From Savitreella phatthalungensis (Eukaryota): a stretch of 64,000 nt of DNA. This document shows positions 23,279 through 33,806 of the stretch, one piece after another; within the stretch, counting starts at the first letter, position 1, and each line of letters begins with the position of its first letter. Location of the stretch: NCBI GenBank assembly GCA_051599415.1, contig AP039690.1, positions 124,001 through 188,000 of the forward strand, given 5' to 3'. Below the pieces are notes generated by a model, which had not been told where the DNA came from, did no database searches, and was given only the letters and a program-made list of their open reading frames with translations. Both the position numbers and the translations under genes were made by a program.

Positions 23279-24893
23279 CTATGGGGTGCGCGCTGGTTTG
23301 CCCTGGGTCGGAAGGGCGGCGGATGGGGAGGTTGGTGCAGGCGGAGCTGAGCCGGAAAATGGGTCGTGGTTTGGCTGGACTGCGGCGTTTGGGGACGCAG
23401 TTGGGGAAGGCTCTTCTGGATCGTCGAGCTTGTCTAGGTCCTCGTGGTCTCTGACTTTGGATGAGGAGGGCGAGGAAGACTCACGCTCCTGCTCTGCTTC
23501 CTCCTCGATCAGTTCAGCTTGCTCCCGCAATACATCTAGGCGCTGCTTATTCGTCGCTGCGCCTTCCAGGGAAGACACCTCCAATTCACCCTCCAATTCA
23601 CAGTTCGTCGGGCAGTGAGCTCAAGGTGGCCAGTCAGAGCGTCGTCGGGCAGTGAGCTCAAGGTGGCCATCAGAGCGTCGTAGTGCGAGTCTTCGATAGA
23701 ATCAGCAGAGTAGAAGGCACACGGTGCTTCAGTCGGAGGTCCAACCATCCCTTCAGCTCGTCTCGGAGGTGGCCAGGCGAGACGCCGTGGGTCCTGATGC
23801 CACGTGACTGACATGCGTGGTGGAGCTCGGGAATTGACAAGGAGGTCACACCTTCGTAAGCGATCGCCTTGTCGTCTCGCTTGATCTGTCGCATGCGTGT
23901 CCGGATGACATATCGGAGTACACCGTCTGTGCCGAAGCTCGACAGGTTCATGTACCGACACATGGCAACGAGCTGCGGACGTGACAGGTTGTCGAGCGTC
24001 AGATCGTCCTTGAAGATTCGGCAGACCTTGATGATGTCGTCCTTGGTGGGCTGTGCACCTGATGACTTGACCTTGCGGAAGAAATCGACGAATTCGTCAC
24101 GCTGCTTTGTAGTCGCGCTCAGTGGTAGTCCACTTTCCTGGACGGTCTTGCGGAGGAACTCACTGACGCCCTTGCGAGTCGTCGCCAGCTTTGCGCTCTT
24201 CGCCTCTTTTGCCTTCTTGCCCTCGAATGTCGACGGCAGCATGTTTGGGAAGATCTTCAGGGCTACAGGGAGAAGCAATTCTGCAAAGGGAACAATGACA
24301 AAGGCTGAGAACGGGATCAATCGGACGAGATCTTGGACCGTACGTTTGAGTTGCCGCCACTCTCTCCGAGTGAGCTCATGCCCGGCTGCCATCTTCAAGG
24401 CCAGCTTGAAGGATACCTTTATCTCGAATCCCAGCAATTTTGTGCCATCCCTGTAATGTGCTGCCTCTTTCTTGACCTTCTCCCAAAGTGTCAGCTTTTT
24501 CTCTTCCGCAGGCTTCTTTGCGGGCGTCGACGGTGTTGCGGTGGTCAGGACTGCCTGTTGAGGTTTTGGTTCCTCGGCATCTGTTCCGAGGGCTGATTTG
24601 ACGATTGCTGCATCCTGCTTCTCGATAACTTCTTTGTCTTCAGGAGATGGGCTAAGATCGGATTTGTCCTTGCTTGAGGAGGGCGACTGGGTACTTGCAT
24701 GCCGTCTCGTGAGTTGTGAGCGTGAGCGAGAGTGGATGTGAGTGGAAGCATGAGCGTGGTGATGCAGCTGCCTGGATGTGATTGCTGCAAAGGTTTTCGG
24801 ATGCGTGGATACTCTGACGAGGAGGGATGCAAGGGTGTGGGTTGAATGAGGGCTTGCAAAGATGCGAGCCACTCGAAGATCCCGCCGAAGCAT
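23279..24893 (-). CDS. MDM38: LETM1/Mdm38 mitochondrial protein, frame disrupted at ~23578-23695
   Basis: KKEAAHY.DGTKLLG, ELTRRE..QLKRT..DL.RL.PF, LDNLSRPQL..MC. The conserved tail (DALMATLSSLPDEL; ELEV..EGAATNKQRL) lies in other frames, across two tandem duplications. Confidence 0.9.
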
Positions 24894-26108
24894 CCTGAGG
24901 GTAGAACTGGGAGGAGAACTGGTAGTAGAAGGAGAAGAAGCCGGTGGTCTTGGCGTGAATGCACAGCTAAGGGATCTGTGTTCGCGGCTTTGACTATGTC
25001 TGCGCCAGAGAGTGCGAGTGCCTAGCGAATAGGTACAGGTGATGAAGGACGATAGACACAGATCAGAGACTAGGATAGGATAGAGATCCCCTGTCTAGGA
25101 GAGGGGCCTGTATAGACAGCCAGTCTACCTCTAAGGTCTGACCTGTAAGTACAAGCGTCTATTGTCACAGTATACGTGTGTGTATTCCTGCTCTATAATA
25201 CATACACATATGTGCATCTATGCATGGGTCAGTCAATAGAGCGTGCGTATAGAAGAAATTGAAATCTTGCTTTTTTGGGATTCTTTGGCCGAGGTGTTAT
25301 TTATGGTAATACGATCGATCATATTTTTATATAGTTGAAAGCGTTGTAATCAATTGACTATGTATACTTTTTATGTCTTTATGGATTCTGGCGTTGGATG
25401 TCTATGTTCGATCTTCTACGATACAGATATCCACACCCATACACAGATACTCATACATACATATCTGTATACACATATGCACATATGTATAGAGTGACAT
25501 GAAATTTGTACATAGGGCTCATGCACTCCGGATAAATATTCAATCCATTTTTCCCAGTCACACGTGTACACACTCATACAGTAATTGGCATGAGGAAGAT
25601 CCGAGGAAGAGTGAGTGCATCGATGCATGATGGTCATCAGAATCAACAGATATGTGATGTAAGTGTACGTGCGATCTATTCGTGCATTCGTTTTCCAGTG
25701 TCTGATCTGACGAAGGTTTCCAATTCTGGGATGCACTTTGACGTGAGTGTGGCTAGACAGCAGAAATGCAGCCAGCATAAGTGTGAAATGTAGCAGCGGA
25801 TGCGTATGAAGATTGATAGATATATCGTCATTTGCGGCGTCGAGCACGGGCTAGTTCCAGTCCTGCATTCCCAAGTCTCTTTTCATGATGTCTACTGCAT
25901 AGTCCATTCACCACCACTCATCCATTCACCTACACATCCCCAAAGAGTGATCGACCCTCATCAATCACCAACGCCTTGACATCCAATCCATACACACATC
26001 AGGCCAATCACCAGTCTCTGGTGGAGTGTGGGTCATTCTAACAACTTCCCCCCTTCGACTGATACACTCCTCAAGCTGTCGCATCGGTTGGCACTGACTC
26101 GTCGCGCC

Positions 26109-27131
26109 ATGGCATCCCTCCTCTACGCGAAGGAGCTCAAAGTGGCAGAACTCGCAGTCGCCAGAGCAGCCAAACTCACCACGCTCGTCTTCAGAGATCT
26201 CGTCAACAAAGCCGCAACACTCACAAAGGAAGACAAGTCACCAGTCACAGTCGCCGACTTTGGTGCACAGGCCATCGTCAACGCTTGTCTCCGTCAGGCG
26301 TGTCCGGATATCCCAATCGTCGGTGAAGAAGACGCTGCCGACCTGCGAAAGAACCCGGAGCTGAAGGAGAAAGTATGGGCGCTCGTTAAGTCGACGCTGG
26401 ATGAAGAGGCCAAGGAGGATGAGATTGCAGTCGGAAAGCTGGAGAATGCTGACCAGATGCTGGACTGCATCGACCTCGGCACGTACGAGGGCGGTGCATC
26501 TGGTCTCATGTGGGCACTGGATCCAATCGACGGCACAAAGGGTTTCCTCCGAGCCGGTCAGTACGCTGTGTGCCTGGGACTGATCGAGGACGGGAAGCCT
26601 GTGCTGGGCGCAATCGCATGCCCGAATCTGCCAGTCGACCCGTCACAGCCCGAGGGTACACGTGGGTTGCTCTTCAGCGCCGTCACTGGCGCAGGAGCAT
26701 ACTCACGCCCACTCGACAACTCCGACCTGCCGAAACGAATCCTCTTCAACAAGCGCGCGCTCGAGGAGTCTACGTTCTGCGAGAGCGTCGAGAGTGGACA
26801 CAGCGCTCACGATGTCAACGCTGCCATTGCCCAGAAGCTCGGGATCACGAAGGAGCCCGTGCGGATGGATTCCCAGGCGAAATACTGCAGCATCTCTCGC
26901 GGCGACGGTGATATCTACCTCCGACTCCCAGTCTCCGCCACGTACGAGGAGAAGATCTGGGACCACACCGCTGGCAACGTCCTCGTCCACGAGGCAGGAG
27001 GCAAAGTCTCAGACATGCACGGCAACCCGCTAGACTTCGGCAAGGGTAGAACCCTCAAGAGCAAGGGCGTCGTCGCTGCAGAAGCCTCAGTCTTTGACAA
27101 GGTCATCGACGCAGTCAAGCAAAGCACGTAG
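26109..27131 (+). CDS. MET22: 3'(2'),5'-bisphosphate nucleotidase (Met22/Hal2/Tol1)
   Basis: KEDKSPVTVADFG, GEED, WALDPIDGTKGFLR, CESVE, MDSQAKY, YEEKIWDH. ATG at 26109. Confidence 0.96.
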   Translation: MASLLYAKELKVAELAVARAAKLTTLVFRDLVNKAATLTKEDKSPVTVADFGAQAIVNACLRQACPDIPIVGEEDAADLRKNPELKEKVWALVKSTLDEEAKEDEIAVGKLENADQMLDCIDLGTYEGGASGLMWALDPIDGTKGFLRAGQYAVCLGLIEDGKPVLGAIACPNLPVDPSQPEGTRGLLFSAVTGAGAYSRPLDNSDLPKRILFNKRALEESTFCESVESGHSAHDVNAAIAQKLGITKEPVRMDSQAKYCSISRGDGDIYLRLPVSATYEEKIWDHTAGNVLVHEAGGKVSDMHGNPLDFGKGRTLKSKGVVAAEASVFDKVIDAVKQST

Positions 27132-27261
27132 ACTTAATTGAGAATTTCCCTTAAACCACCCACAGCAGCACGCTAACTGAATATCATCCAGAGGATGACG
27201 GCCATTCTATTCAGTGCATGGAGAGTAACAAAGCGAAAAAAGGAAATTGAAGAAAAAATGG

Positions 27262-27270
27262 AAAAAAAAA
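27262..27270 (-). terminator. Pol III oligo(T) terminator of tRNA-Glu
   Basis: T9 run on the minus strand directly 3' of the tRNA. Confidence 0.85.
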
Positions 27271-27271
27271 T

Positions 27272-27364
27272 CTCCCTAACGGAGAGTCGAACTCCGGTCT
27301 TAACGGTGCCATTCAGTCTGACAGAATTGAAAGCGTTATGTGATAGCCGTTACACCACTAGGGA
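27272..27364 (-). tRNA. tRNA-Glu(TTC) with 21-nt intron (27327-27307)
   Basis: Acceptor stem TCCCTAG/TTAGGGA, A box TGGTGTAACGG, anticodon stem TAACG/CGTTA, loop CTTTCA^C, T arm CGGAG-TTCGACT-CTCCG. Confidence 0.95.
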
Positions 27365-27490
27365 AGAATGTGTTTTTGGCCGACGTGAGAGTATATGAAT
27401 CACCCAAGCACCCGAGTGATCAGCCTTATGACAGCGCCCGTGATGTCGAAGGCTGCTGCTATGTCATGAGCTATAGATGTCAGACTCATG

Positions 27491-27570
27491 CTCTGCAGAG
27501 GCGAGTCAAAAGTCCTCCATCTCGTCTTTCAGCTCAAGCGTACTATGTGATAGCCGCTACATCAAAAGGT
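27491..27570 (-). pseudogene. degenerate tRNA-Glu copy
   Basis: aagcgtactatgtgatagccgctacatcaaaagg aligns to the tRNA's aagcgt--tatgtgatagccgttacaccactagg; ggcgagtcaaaagtcc resembles the T arm ggagagtcgaactcc. Confidence 0.65.
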
Positions 27571-27704
27571 GCGAATTCGTTTGAGGTCGACCTCAGAGTA
27601 TATGCATTGAATCGTCGGTGGGATAACTAGCGTAACAGACCAGCTAATGGTGTGATTGGCAATCACTTCATGAGCTCGATGCAGACATTCTCATTTTACA
27701 GAGG

Positions 27705-29714
27705 CTAGTCAAAGTCCTCGATCTCGTCTTCCAATTCGAGTGCATCGTCTGGTGCGCCAGCGATCCCAAAAGTGCTGTGGCTGGTGATTGGAGGCGGTTT
27801 GAGGTCTTCCTCTTCATCGTCGCTGTTGCCCCCTTCGTCGTTCTCACCGTCCTGAATCCCACACAGCTCCTTCACCTTCCGCAGCCTCGTCAGCTTCCTC
27901 AGTACAGCCTGACGATACCCTCCTACACCGTCAGCTCTCGCTTGCCCGATCTGGAGCTCGAAGGATGCGCGGTCGAGAAGGTAAGTTGACTTTGAGTCTT
28001 GGCAGATTCTGGGTGTGCGGGAGGTGTCGGTGAGCGATGTGAGGGTGTCGAGGTAGTGTGTGCTTGAGAGGAGCGCTTTGCGGTGCTGGGACAAGGGTGG
28101 GTAGAATAGCCTTGCTTCTGAGAATGGACGCTTCGCGTTGTGCGGGAGGCCACAGAGGACTCCGAGGACGGCTGCGTAGCCTGCGCATTCCTGGAGATTC
28201 GCGAAATCCCGACCTCCACCACTACCACCAACAGCACCAGCACCGCCATCGTACCATGACAGCGCCTCCACGACCGCACCGCACACCTCCACGCTCCCAC
28301 ACGACGCAAGGTAGTTCCGGCCAATCCCGGAGATGAAGAAGCCGACGTCAGTGCCTGACTCCTCGAGGATGTCAGCTGGGTCGTTCTCTGGGCGTGTGAG
28401 GTCGAGTGGATGGTCCGGATGATGGTAGATGGGATGCGGGATCTGGGAGAGACGCTTGTTGTAGACGACTTTGCCCATGGCGTGGAAGTACCCGAGTGCT
28501 GCGTCGCGATTTGTCACGATACTCAGCAGCCGGTTCTCGGCATCTGTGAGGCGTAACACCTCACCCCGCTTCCGTTTGCCTCGCGGTCGGACGCGTGAGC
28601 TACCGACCCGGAACGAGCCGGATACGAATTCCAGCGCGTTCAGCGCAGATCGCACATCTCCATTCGTGTGTGCGGCTACCTGCTCGATCAGCGCCGTCGA
28701 CATGTTGACGGCACGTGAGGGTGGGAGGGCGTCGACGGCTGCGATGAGGGCGCGTGTGAGGAAGGTGCGAGCGACTTGGTTGAAGGTGATATGTTTAACA
28801 TTCGGAGCGTCGTGGAGGAGGGCTGGGGGCAAGAGCGTCCTAACGGTCATGGCCATATCAGGACGACGATATAGATCGCCATAGTCAGCACGAGGTTCAG
28901 TCTCTGTCACAATCACCACGAGCGGGTATTGACGCCGGCCACTGTGCACGTACCGCAGCAAGGAGTCACCAAAGGCCTCCCGCGCAGATATAACACCACC
29001 CGTTCCACCAAACACATTTGGGATGTCTTCCACTACGACCACCTTCCTCCGCACTCCGTCGTGCGGAGCCTGCCTGGTCTGGGTGGTCACACCATTAGTG
29101 CTAGAGAGCGGCAGTGCGCCATACGCGTCAGATACTGACAAGAATCGGTCGAACTTGCTGGCCAAGCTCTCATAGTCGTTGTCGTAGACGCCGAGATCGC
29201 GATTGAATGCGGCAGTCGAGGGATTCTGCCATTCAACAATGTCGTAGTCGAGCTCGCGTGATAGGACTTCGATCGTTGCTGTCTTGCCAGCGCCAGCCGG
29301 TCCGCTCAGAATTGCCATCGTGTATCGTTCAGGGTCATCGAACGCACGATTCAACCACGTTCGTACTTCATCGACCTTGCGAGGATTCACTGCGAGATCT
29401 GAGGCGTGTTCAAGAGGTGCGAGATCCAACCAGGACCGTGTGTCCTCCACTGACTGTATCGGCTCATCAGCCGCACGTGGTTTATGTATTGGCTTCGCGT
29501 CCTCTAGATCATCAAAATCGTCGATGATGTCGTCCTCTAAATCATCCGTCTGGCTTGCGAAGTGGACAGCTCTTGCAGGCTTCACCTTGCGCGGTGACAG
29601 CTCAATCTGCCTTCGAAAGCCAGACTCGAGGGCATTGGTCGGTCCATCCTTCGTTTTGGTACGCTTCACCGCTGGTTTACTTCTTGAAGACGCAGGGCGC
29701 TTCGTCTGCGGCAT
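27705..29714 (-). CDS. rad17: checkpoint clamp loader large subunit (Rad17/Rad24)
   Basis: DLAVNPRKVDEVRTWL, Walker A GPAGAGKT, EWQNP, VEDIPN, GDVRSALNAL, FHAMGKVVYNKR. Confidence 0.93.
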   Translation of the reverse strand: MPQTKRPASSRSKPAVKRTKTKDGPTNALESGFRRQIELSPRKVKPARAVHFASQTDDLEDDIIDDFDDLEDAKPIHKPRAADEPIQSVEDTRSWLDLAPLEHASDLAVNPRKVDEVRTWLNRAFDDPERYTMAILSGPAGAGKTATIEVLSRELDYDIVEWQNPSTAAFNRDLGVYDNDYESLASKFDRFLSVSDAYGALPLSSTNGVTTQTRQAPHDGVRRKVVVVEDIPNVFGGTGGVISAREAFGDSLLRYVHSGRRQYPLVVIVTETEPRADYGDLYRRPDMAMTVRTLLPPALLHDAPNVKHITFNQVARTFLTRALIAAVDALPPSRAVNMSTALIEQVAAHTNGDVRSALNALEFVSGSFRVGSSRVRPRGKRKRGEVLRLTDAENRLLSIVTNRDAALGYFHAMGKVVYNKRLSQIPHPIYHHPDHPLDLTRPENDPADILEESGTDVGFFISGIGRNYLASCGSVEVCGAVVEALSWYDGGAGAVGGSGGGRDFANLQECAGYAAVLGVLCGLPHNAKRPFSEARLFYPPLSQHRKALLSSTHYLDTLTSLTDTSRTPRICQDSKSTYLLDRASFELQIGQARADGVGGYRQAVLRKLTRLRKVKELCGIQDGENDEGGNSDDEEEDLKPPPITSHSTFGIAGAPDDALELEDEIEDFD

Positions 29715-30144
29715 TAGCGATAATCTACTGAGCGACGCATGTCGTCTGTATGCTCTAGCTGCTGTCTGACGACTTCTTAGAGTTCATCTGTGTACTGTGT
29801 ATACCAGATAAGAGATACTTCATGTTTTGATCACGTGTATCCCAGCCACGAATTCCCTAGAGCCGCCACAATATTGTAGATTTGTTTACGAATTTGTCAA
29901 CAAATGGCAACCATCACAAGATTACCCAGGCGAAAGACAATCTGACGATCGATGACCTCTGTGTAAGGGTGAAGAACAGGGTGTCACAGGAGAAGATCTT
30001 CTTCAAGACAACAGCAACGGTGACATCAGCCCTTCAGTCAGTGAGGAAGGTGGTTCTTCTTCACTGCCGAGCGTATCCCAGCAGGAGCGGCGCATTGCAG
30101 TGCAGGACTTGACTTCGGCCACAGGAAAGCTGAATATCAGAGCG

Positions 30145-32343
30145 ATGGCGACGCTCACTGCGACAACAGCCACGAGGCAAGCGCGACAATATGCACGCCA
30201 CCCAGGAGACATGAGTGACGATAGTAGTGACGGCGGATTTGCATTCGAGCATCCGCTCTTTGCAAATGGGGTGGGTACCAGTGGGACGAGCGTCACGCCG
30301 AGACGAGAGATTCCAGGACATATCCTGACTGCTGCTGAGGATTCCCCATTGCATCTGGTTGCAGGAAGCCAAACGCAGGATGTGACTGAAGTACAATCGA
30401 CCTCGACCCTTGCGCCAATAACACCAGCTGCACACTCATACTCGCGCTTCGGCAGACGGCTTCCACTGAGTGAGCGAAAGGTCTCAAATGAGAAAGCTGC
30501 ACCCAATCTACAGGTACAACAGACAATTGGTGTAGGCGCGGAGACACCAGGACATACACTTCATGGCACTGCGAAGCCGACGGCCTCGGCAGCACGGTGG
30601 AAGAAGGTCGGACGCATTGGACTGGGTCCACCAAAGCGTGCGGAGCGACAGAGTATAGACACGTTTGACGACTCGCCCTCGCGAGCTGGGTCTGGTGCGG
30701 GAGATAAGTCTGGGATGTCTGGGTCATCGACAAATCACAGCGGGGAAGTTGAGAGTGGCGGCAGCAGCGGTGGCCTTGGTCCCACTCCCGGGGACGACAA
30801 GGAGAATAATCACACACACAGCAGCTCAGGCAGCGCGACGGCATCACGAAGGACGTTCGGCAACCTGAGAAGCAGCACCTCCCCATCAAGCGTTAAGCAC
30901 AACTTGAGCGTGCTCAAGACCGGCGCACCCGAGCAAGATAGAGCGCCCGGTGAGCACATCCCGAAGGTTCATTTCGCTATGCAGACTCGACCGACAGAGA
31001 CGGTCGTTGCGCCGCCAGAGCCTCCACGGATGCAGGCGTTTGCTCATCCCACCGTACAACCCCTTGCATCAGCGACAATCACGACAGTACCGAGCACAAC
31101 ACCTCATGCGCATGCAACAACAGTGGCAACCACAAGTACCCCAGCTGTCCACCCAGCTCTAGGACCGATTGCACCAGCATCTACGAAGAAGACGAAGAGT
31201 CTGGGCAGGGTGGTAGTGAACGGGAGGGAGTACACGCGCTTGGACCAGATCGGCAAGGGCGGATCGAGTAAGGTGTTCCGCGTGATGTCGAGTCACGGAC
31301 GGATCTTCGCACTGAAGCGGGTCGACTTTGAGAGTGCGGATGCACAAACGATTGGCGGGTACAAGTCTGAGATCGAGCTGCTGAAGCGTCTGGAAGGGAG
31401 TGACCGAATCATCAGGCTGTTCGACGCCGAGATCAACGACGCCAAGGGGCGGCTGTCGATGCTAATGGAGTGTGGCGAGATTGATCTTGCACATCTGCTA
31501 TCCAAGGCGCCGAAGGATGAACCTCCAGACCTCAACTTTGTCAGGCTATACTGGCGCCATATGCTTGAAGCCGTGCGCGCAGTCCACGACGAGAAGATCG
31601 TCCACTCTGACCTCAAACCAGCCAACTTCCTCCTGTGTGAGGGCAAACTGAAGCTGATCGACTTCGGCATCGCCAAGGCTATCGGTAACGACACCACCAA
31701 CATTCACAGAGACCAGCAGATTGGCACGGTCAACTACATGTCGCCAGAGGCGCTTTCAGATCAGAATACCGGTGGCGGTCCTGGTGGTGCACGACTGATG
31801 AAGCTCGGCCGGGCGAGCGATGTATGGAGTCTTGGGTGTATCCTGTACCAGATGGTGTACGGTCGAACACCGTTCTCCCACCTGTCGATGATCCAGAAGA
31901 TCCAGGCGATCCCGTCACCTTCCCATCGGATCGATTTCCCGGAGTACGCATTCGCGCCAGCCGCCAGAGATGATTCCAGACTACAGCAGGCGGCGCTTTC
32001 CCAGGGAGGAGCTCGGAAGATCGACGGAGACCTGCTTCGGGTCATGCGTGGCTGTCTGGAACGTGATCCGCGGCTCAGACTGACGATTGATCAGCTGCTC
32101 AACGACCCTTTCCTGAAGCCGGAAGTTCGAAGTACGGGGCCTGACGCCGGCTCTACAGGTCAGACGAACCCAAACACACAAGTCACAGGCGCCAACGTCA
32201 CACTCGCACAGCTCCAGGACCTCCTCAGGCTCGCAGTCTCACAAACGAGGGAGCGGACGTTGGCAAAGCAACCCATTACAGCGGCCGATGTCGACAACCT
32301 AGCCAAAGACTTTTACGATTCTCTTCGTTGGCGGGCTACCTAG
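30145..32343 (+). CDS. MPS1: spindle checkpoint kinase Mps1/Mph1
   Basis: IGKGGSSKV, IVHSDLKPANF, IDFGIAKAIGNDTTNIHRDQQIGTVNYMSPE, SDVWSLGCILYQMVYG. Start codon uncertain. Confidence 0.95.
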   Translation: MATLTATTATRQARQYARHPGDMSDDSSDGGFAFEHPLFANGVGTSGTSVTPRREIPGHILTAAEDSPLHLVAGSQTQDVTEVQSTSTLAPITPAAHSYSRFGRRLPLSERKVSNEKAAPNLQVQQTIGVGAETPGHTLHGTAKPTASAARWKKVGRIGLGPPKRAERQSIDTFDDSPSRAGSGAGDKSGMSGSSTNHSGEVESGGSSGGLGPTPGDDKENNHTHSSSGSATASRRTFGNLRSSTSPSSVKHNLSVLKTGAPEQDRAPGEHIPKVHFAMQTRPTETVVAPPEPPRMQAFAHPTVQPLASATITTVPSTTPHAHATTVATTSTPAVHPALGPIAPASTKKTKSLGRVVVNGREYTRLDQIGKGGSSKVFRVMSSHGRIFALKRVDFESADAQTIGGYKSEIELLKRLEGSDRIIRLFDAEINDAKGRLSMLMECGEIDLAHLLSKAPKDEPPDLNFVRLYWRHMLEAVRAVHDEKIVHSDLKPANFLLCEGKLKLIDFGIAKAIGNDTTNIHRDQQIGTVNYMSPEALSDQNTGGGPGGARLMKLGRASDVWSLGCILYQMVYGRTPFSHLSMIQKIQAIPSPSHRIDFPEYAFAPAARDDSRLQQAALSQGGARKIDGDLLRVMRGCLERDPRLRLTIDQLLNDPFLKPEVRSTGPDAGSTGQTNPNTQVTGANVTLAQLQDLLRLAVSQTRERTLAKQPITAADVDNLAKDFYDSLRWRAT

Positions 32344-32411
32344 GGACATTTTCACCTCCGACCTCGGAACTGTAAATAAACATCTTGTACAACTACGACG
32401 ATGACCTTCCT

Positions 32412-33065
32412 CTACGGTATCTGTGCCGATGTGATTGCGGGTGTGTCTGGTGTGATGGAGATATCTGTGATGCGAATGACCGTGTATGGCAACTTTGACC
32501 TGATTGCTGTGATCTTTCTCTGCCTTCGCTTTTTCTTGATGGTGTACCTGAGCGGTTCCTTTGTGTGTTCGACGACGACCGCATCCACGGTCGCCAGTCC
32601 GACGGGCAGACTAGCCCTCGCTGCATACTGCGCTCCTTCCACACTCTCAGCAGCGTCCTTCACAACCGTCGGATCAACCTTCTTCGCAGGACCGTTCTTC
32701 ACACCACGAGCGTACACAACACTAGCGGTGAAGTCCCGAGACCCCACAGCAGTCACCTCGCTCAGCCGCAACGCATCACCAACGCGCGTACCCACAAGCC
32801 GGAACGGCAGGTGTACTGTATCGCCGCTCGTCACAACGTACGAGAATCCGTTGACTCGCACTTTAGCCCAGTGTCGAGGCTGGAGCCGCATATACCGCAT
32901 GGCAGAGACGAGTGACTCTGGAGCGGTCGGGAGAGTGCGTGTGGGTGTGGTCGGCAGGGGTAGGGGTGGTGACGTGGTGAGGGGTCTGTGGAGACGTGCT
33001 GTGACTGTCTGGAGAGCGATCGATCTTGTCGCTGGATGGCGCGGGAGAGTCCTGAGGGCTTCCAT
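32412..33065 (-). CDS. MRPL49: mitochondrial ribosomal protein bL21m
   Basis: Presequence-like N-terminus; YVVTSGDTVHLPFRL, VGSRDFT, VVVEHTKEP, KKKRRQR, YTVIRI. Confidence 0.88.
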   Translation of the reverse strand: MEALRTLPRHPATRSIALQTVTARLHRPLTTSPPLPLPTTPTRTLPTAPESLVSAMRYMRLQPRHWAKVRVNGFSYVVTSGDTVHLPFRLVGTRVGDALRLSEVTAVGSRDFTASVVYARGVKNGPAKKVDPTVVKDAAESVEGAQYAARASLPVGLATVDAVVVEHTKEPLRYTIKKKRRQRKITAIRSKLPYTVIRITDISITPDTPAITSAQIP

Positions 33066-33267
33066 GATGAGAGGTGTTGTGTATGTGTTGGTACAAGGGG
33101 GGGAGGTCCTTTTTCTTTAGGCGTGTTGCGGAAGTTGTACGTTATTTCGCACACGTGACTCTGTACACATTTTTGGCGGGAAACCTTGTCACAGGCACAC
33201 CGTTCAAAGTCATCAACACCTTGCGCACAAGGGAGCTCTCTCTCTGCACACGAACAACGACCACAAG

Positions 33268-33726
33268 ATGCCTCGCGTCAAGAACAAGCCAAAGAAGGAA
33301 CCACTTCCAAGATTCCTGCCAGACGATGTACTCGCTAGGGCTCCACAGCCACAGCCCGCTGCCCCCGAAACCACACCAGCGACAGCCGCTCCAAAAGGCA
33401 GCTACATGACCTTCGACGACGATGACGACGACGACGACGATGGTGTTTTTGAAGATGGAGAAGGTACGAGTACGGGCGCTGGAGTGACCCGGCGGAAACA
33501 GGTAGCGCTCGATCGGATTCGGAGTGATATGGCCGGTCGATCCGATGGTGGCGTGGTAGGTCGACGGTCTAAGTGGCTTGTTGAGGGTCAGGCGCGGTTG
33601 GTGAGGGCGCTTGAGAAGCGGCGTAAGAAGAATCGTGGGAGCGGGGTGGGCGTATCGATGGCGATGGTGGAACGACGTCGTGCGGCGGGCGGTCGACGAC
33701 CTGTGAGGAAGCCGCTCGGTCAATGA
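33268..33726 (+). CDS. small basic/acidic protein, possibly U3 snoRNA-associated (Bud21/Utp16-like)
   Basis: 152-aa ORF with LPRFLPDDVL near the N-terminus, an acidic run, RRSKWL and a basic tail. Family call is tentative. Confidence 0.55.
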   Translation: MPRVKNKPKKEPLPRFLPDDVLARAPQPQPAAPETTPATAAPKGSYMTFDDDDDDDDDGVFEDGEGTSTGAGVTRRKQVALDRIRSDMAGRSDGGVVGRRSKWLVEGQARLVRALEKRRKKNRGSGVGVSMAMVERRRAAGGRRPVRKPLGQ

Positions 33727-33806
33727 TGCTGATGACAAGAATTAACGTATGCGTAACGACTTTGGAGTGATATTAGACTACAGAGAGATGAATCTACTTT
33801 TCCGGA

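Noticed and set aside
32401..33120. 239-aa plus-strand ORF
   Set aside because: Antisense shadow of MRPL49 with no recognisable motifs. The same applies to the many antisense and alternate-frame ORFs over SDH1, SLA1 and thiolase.
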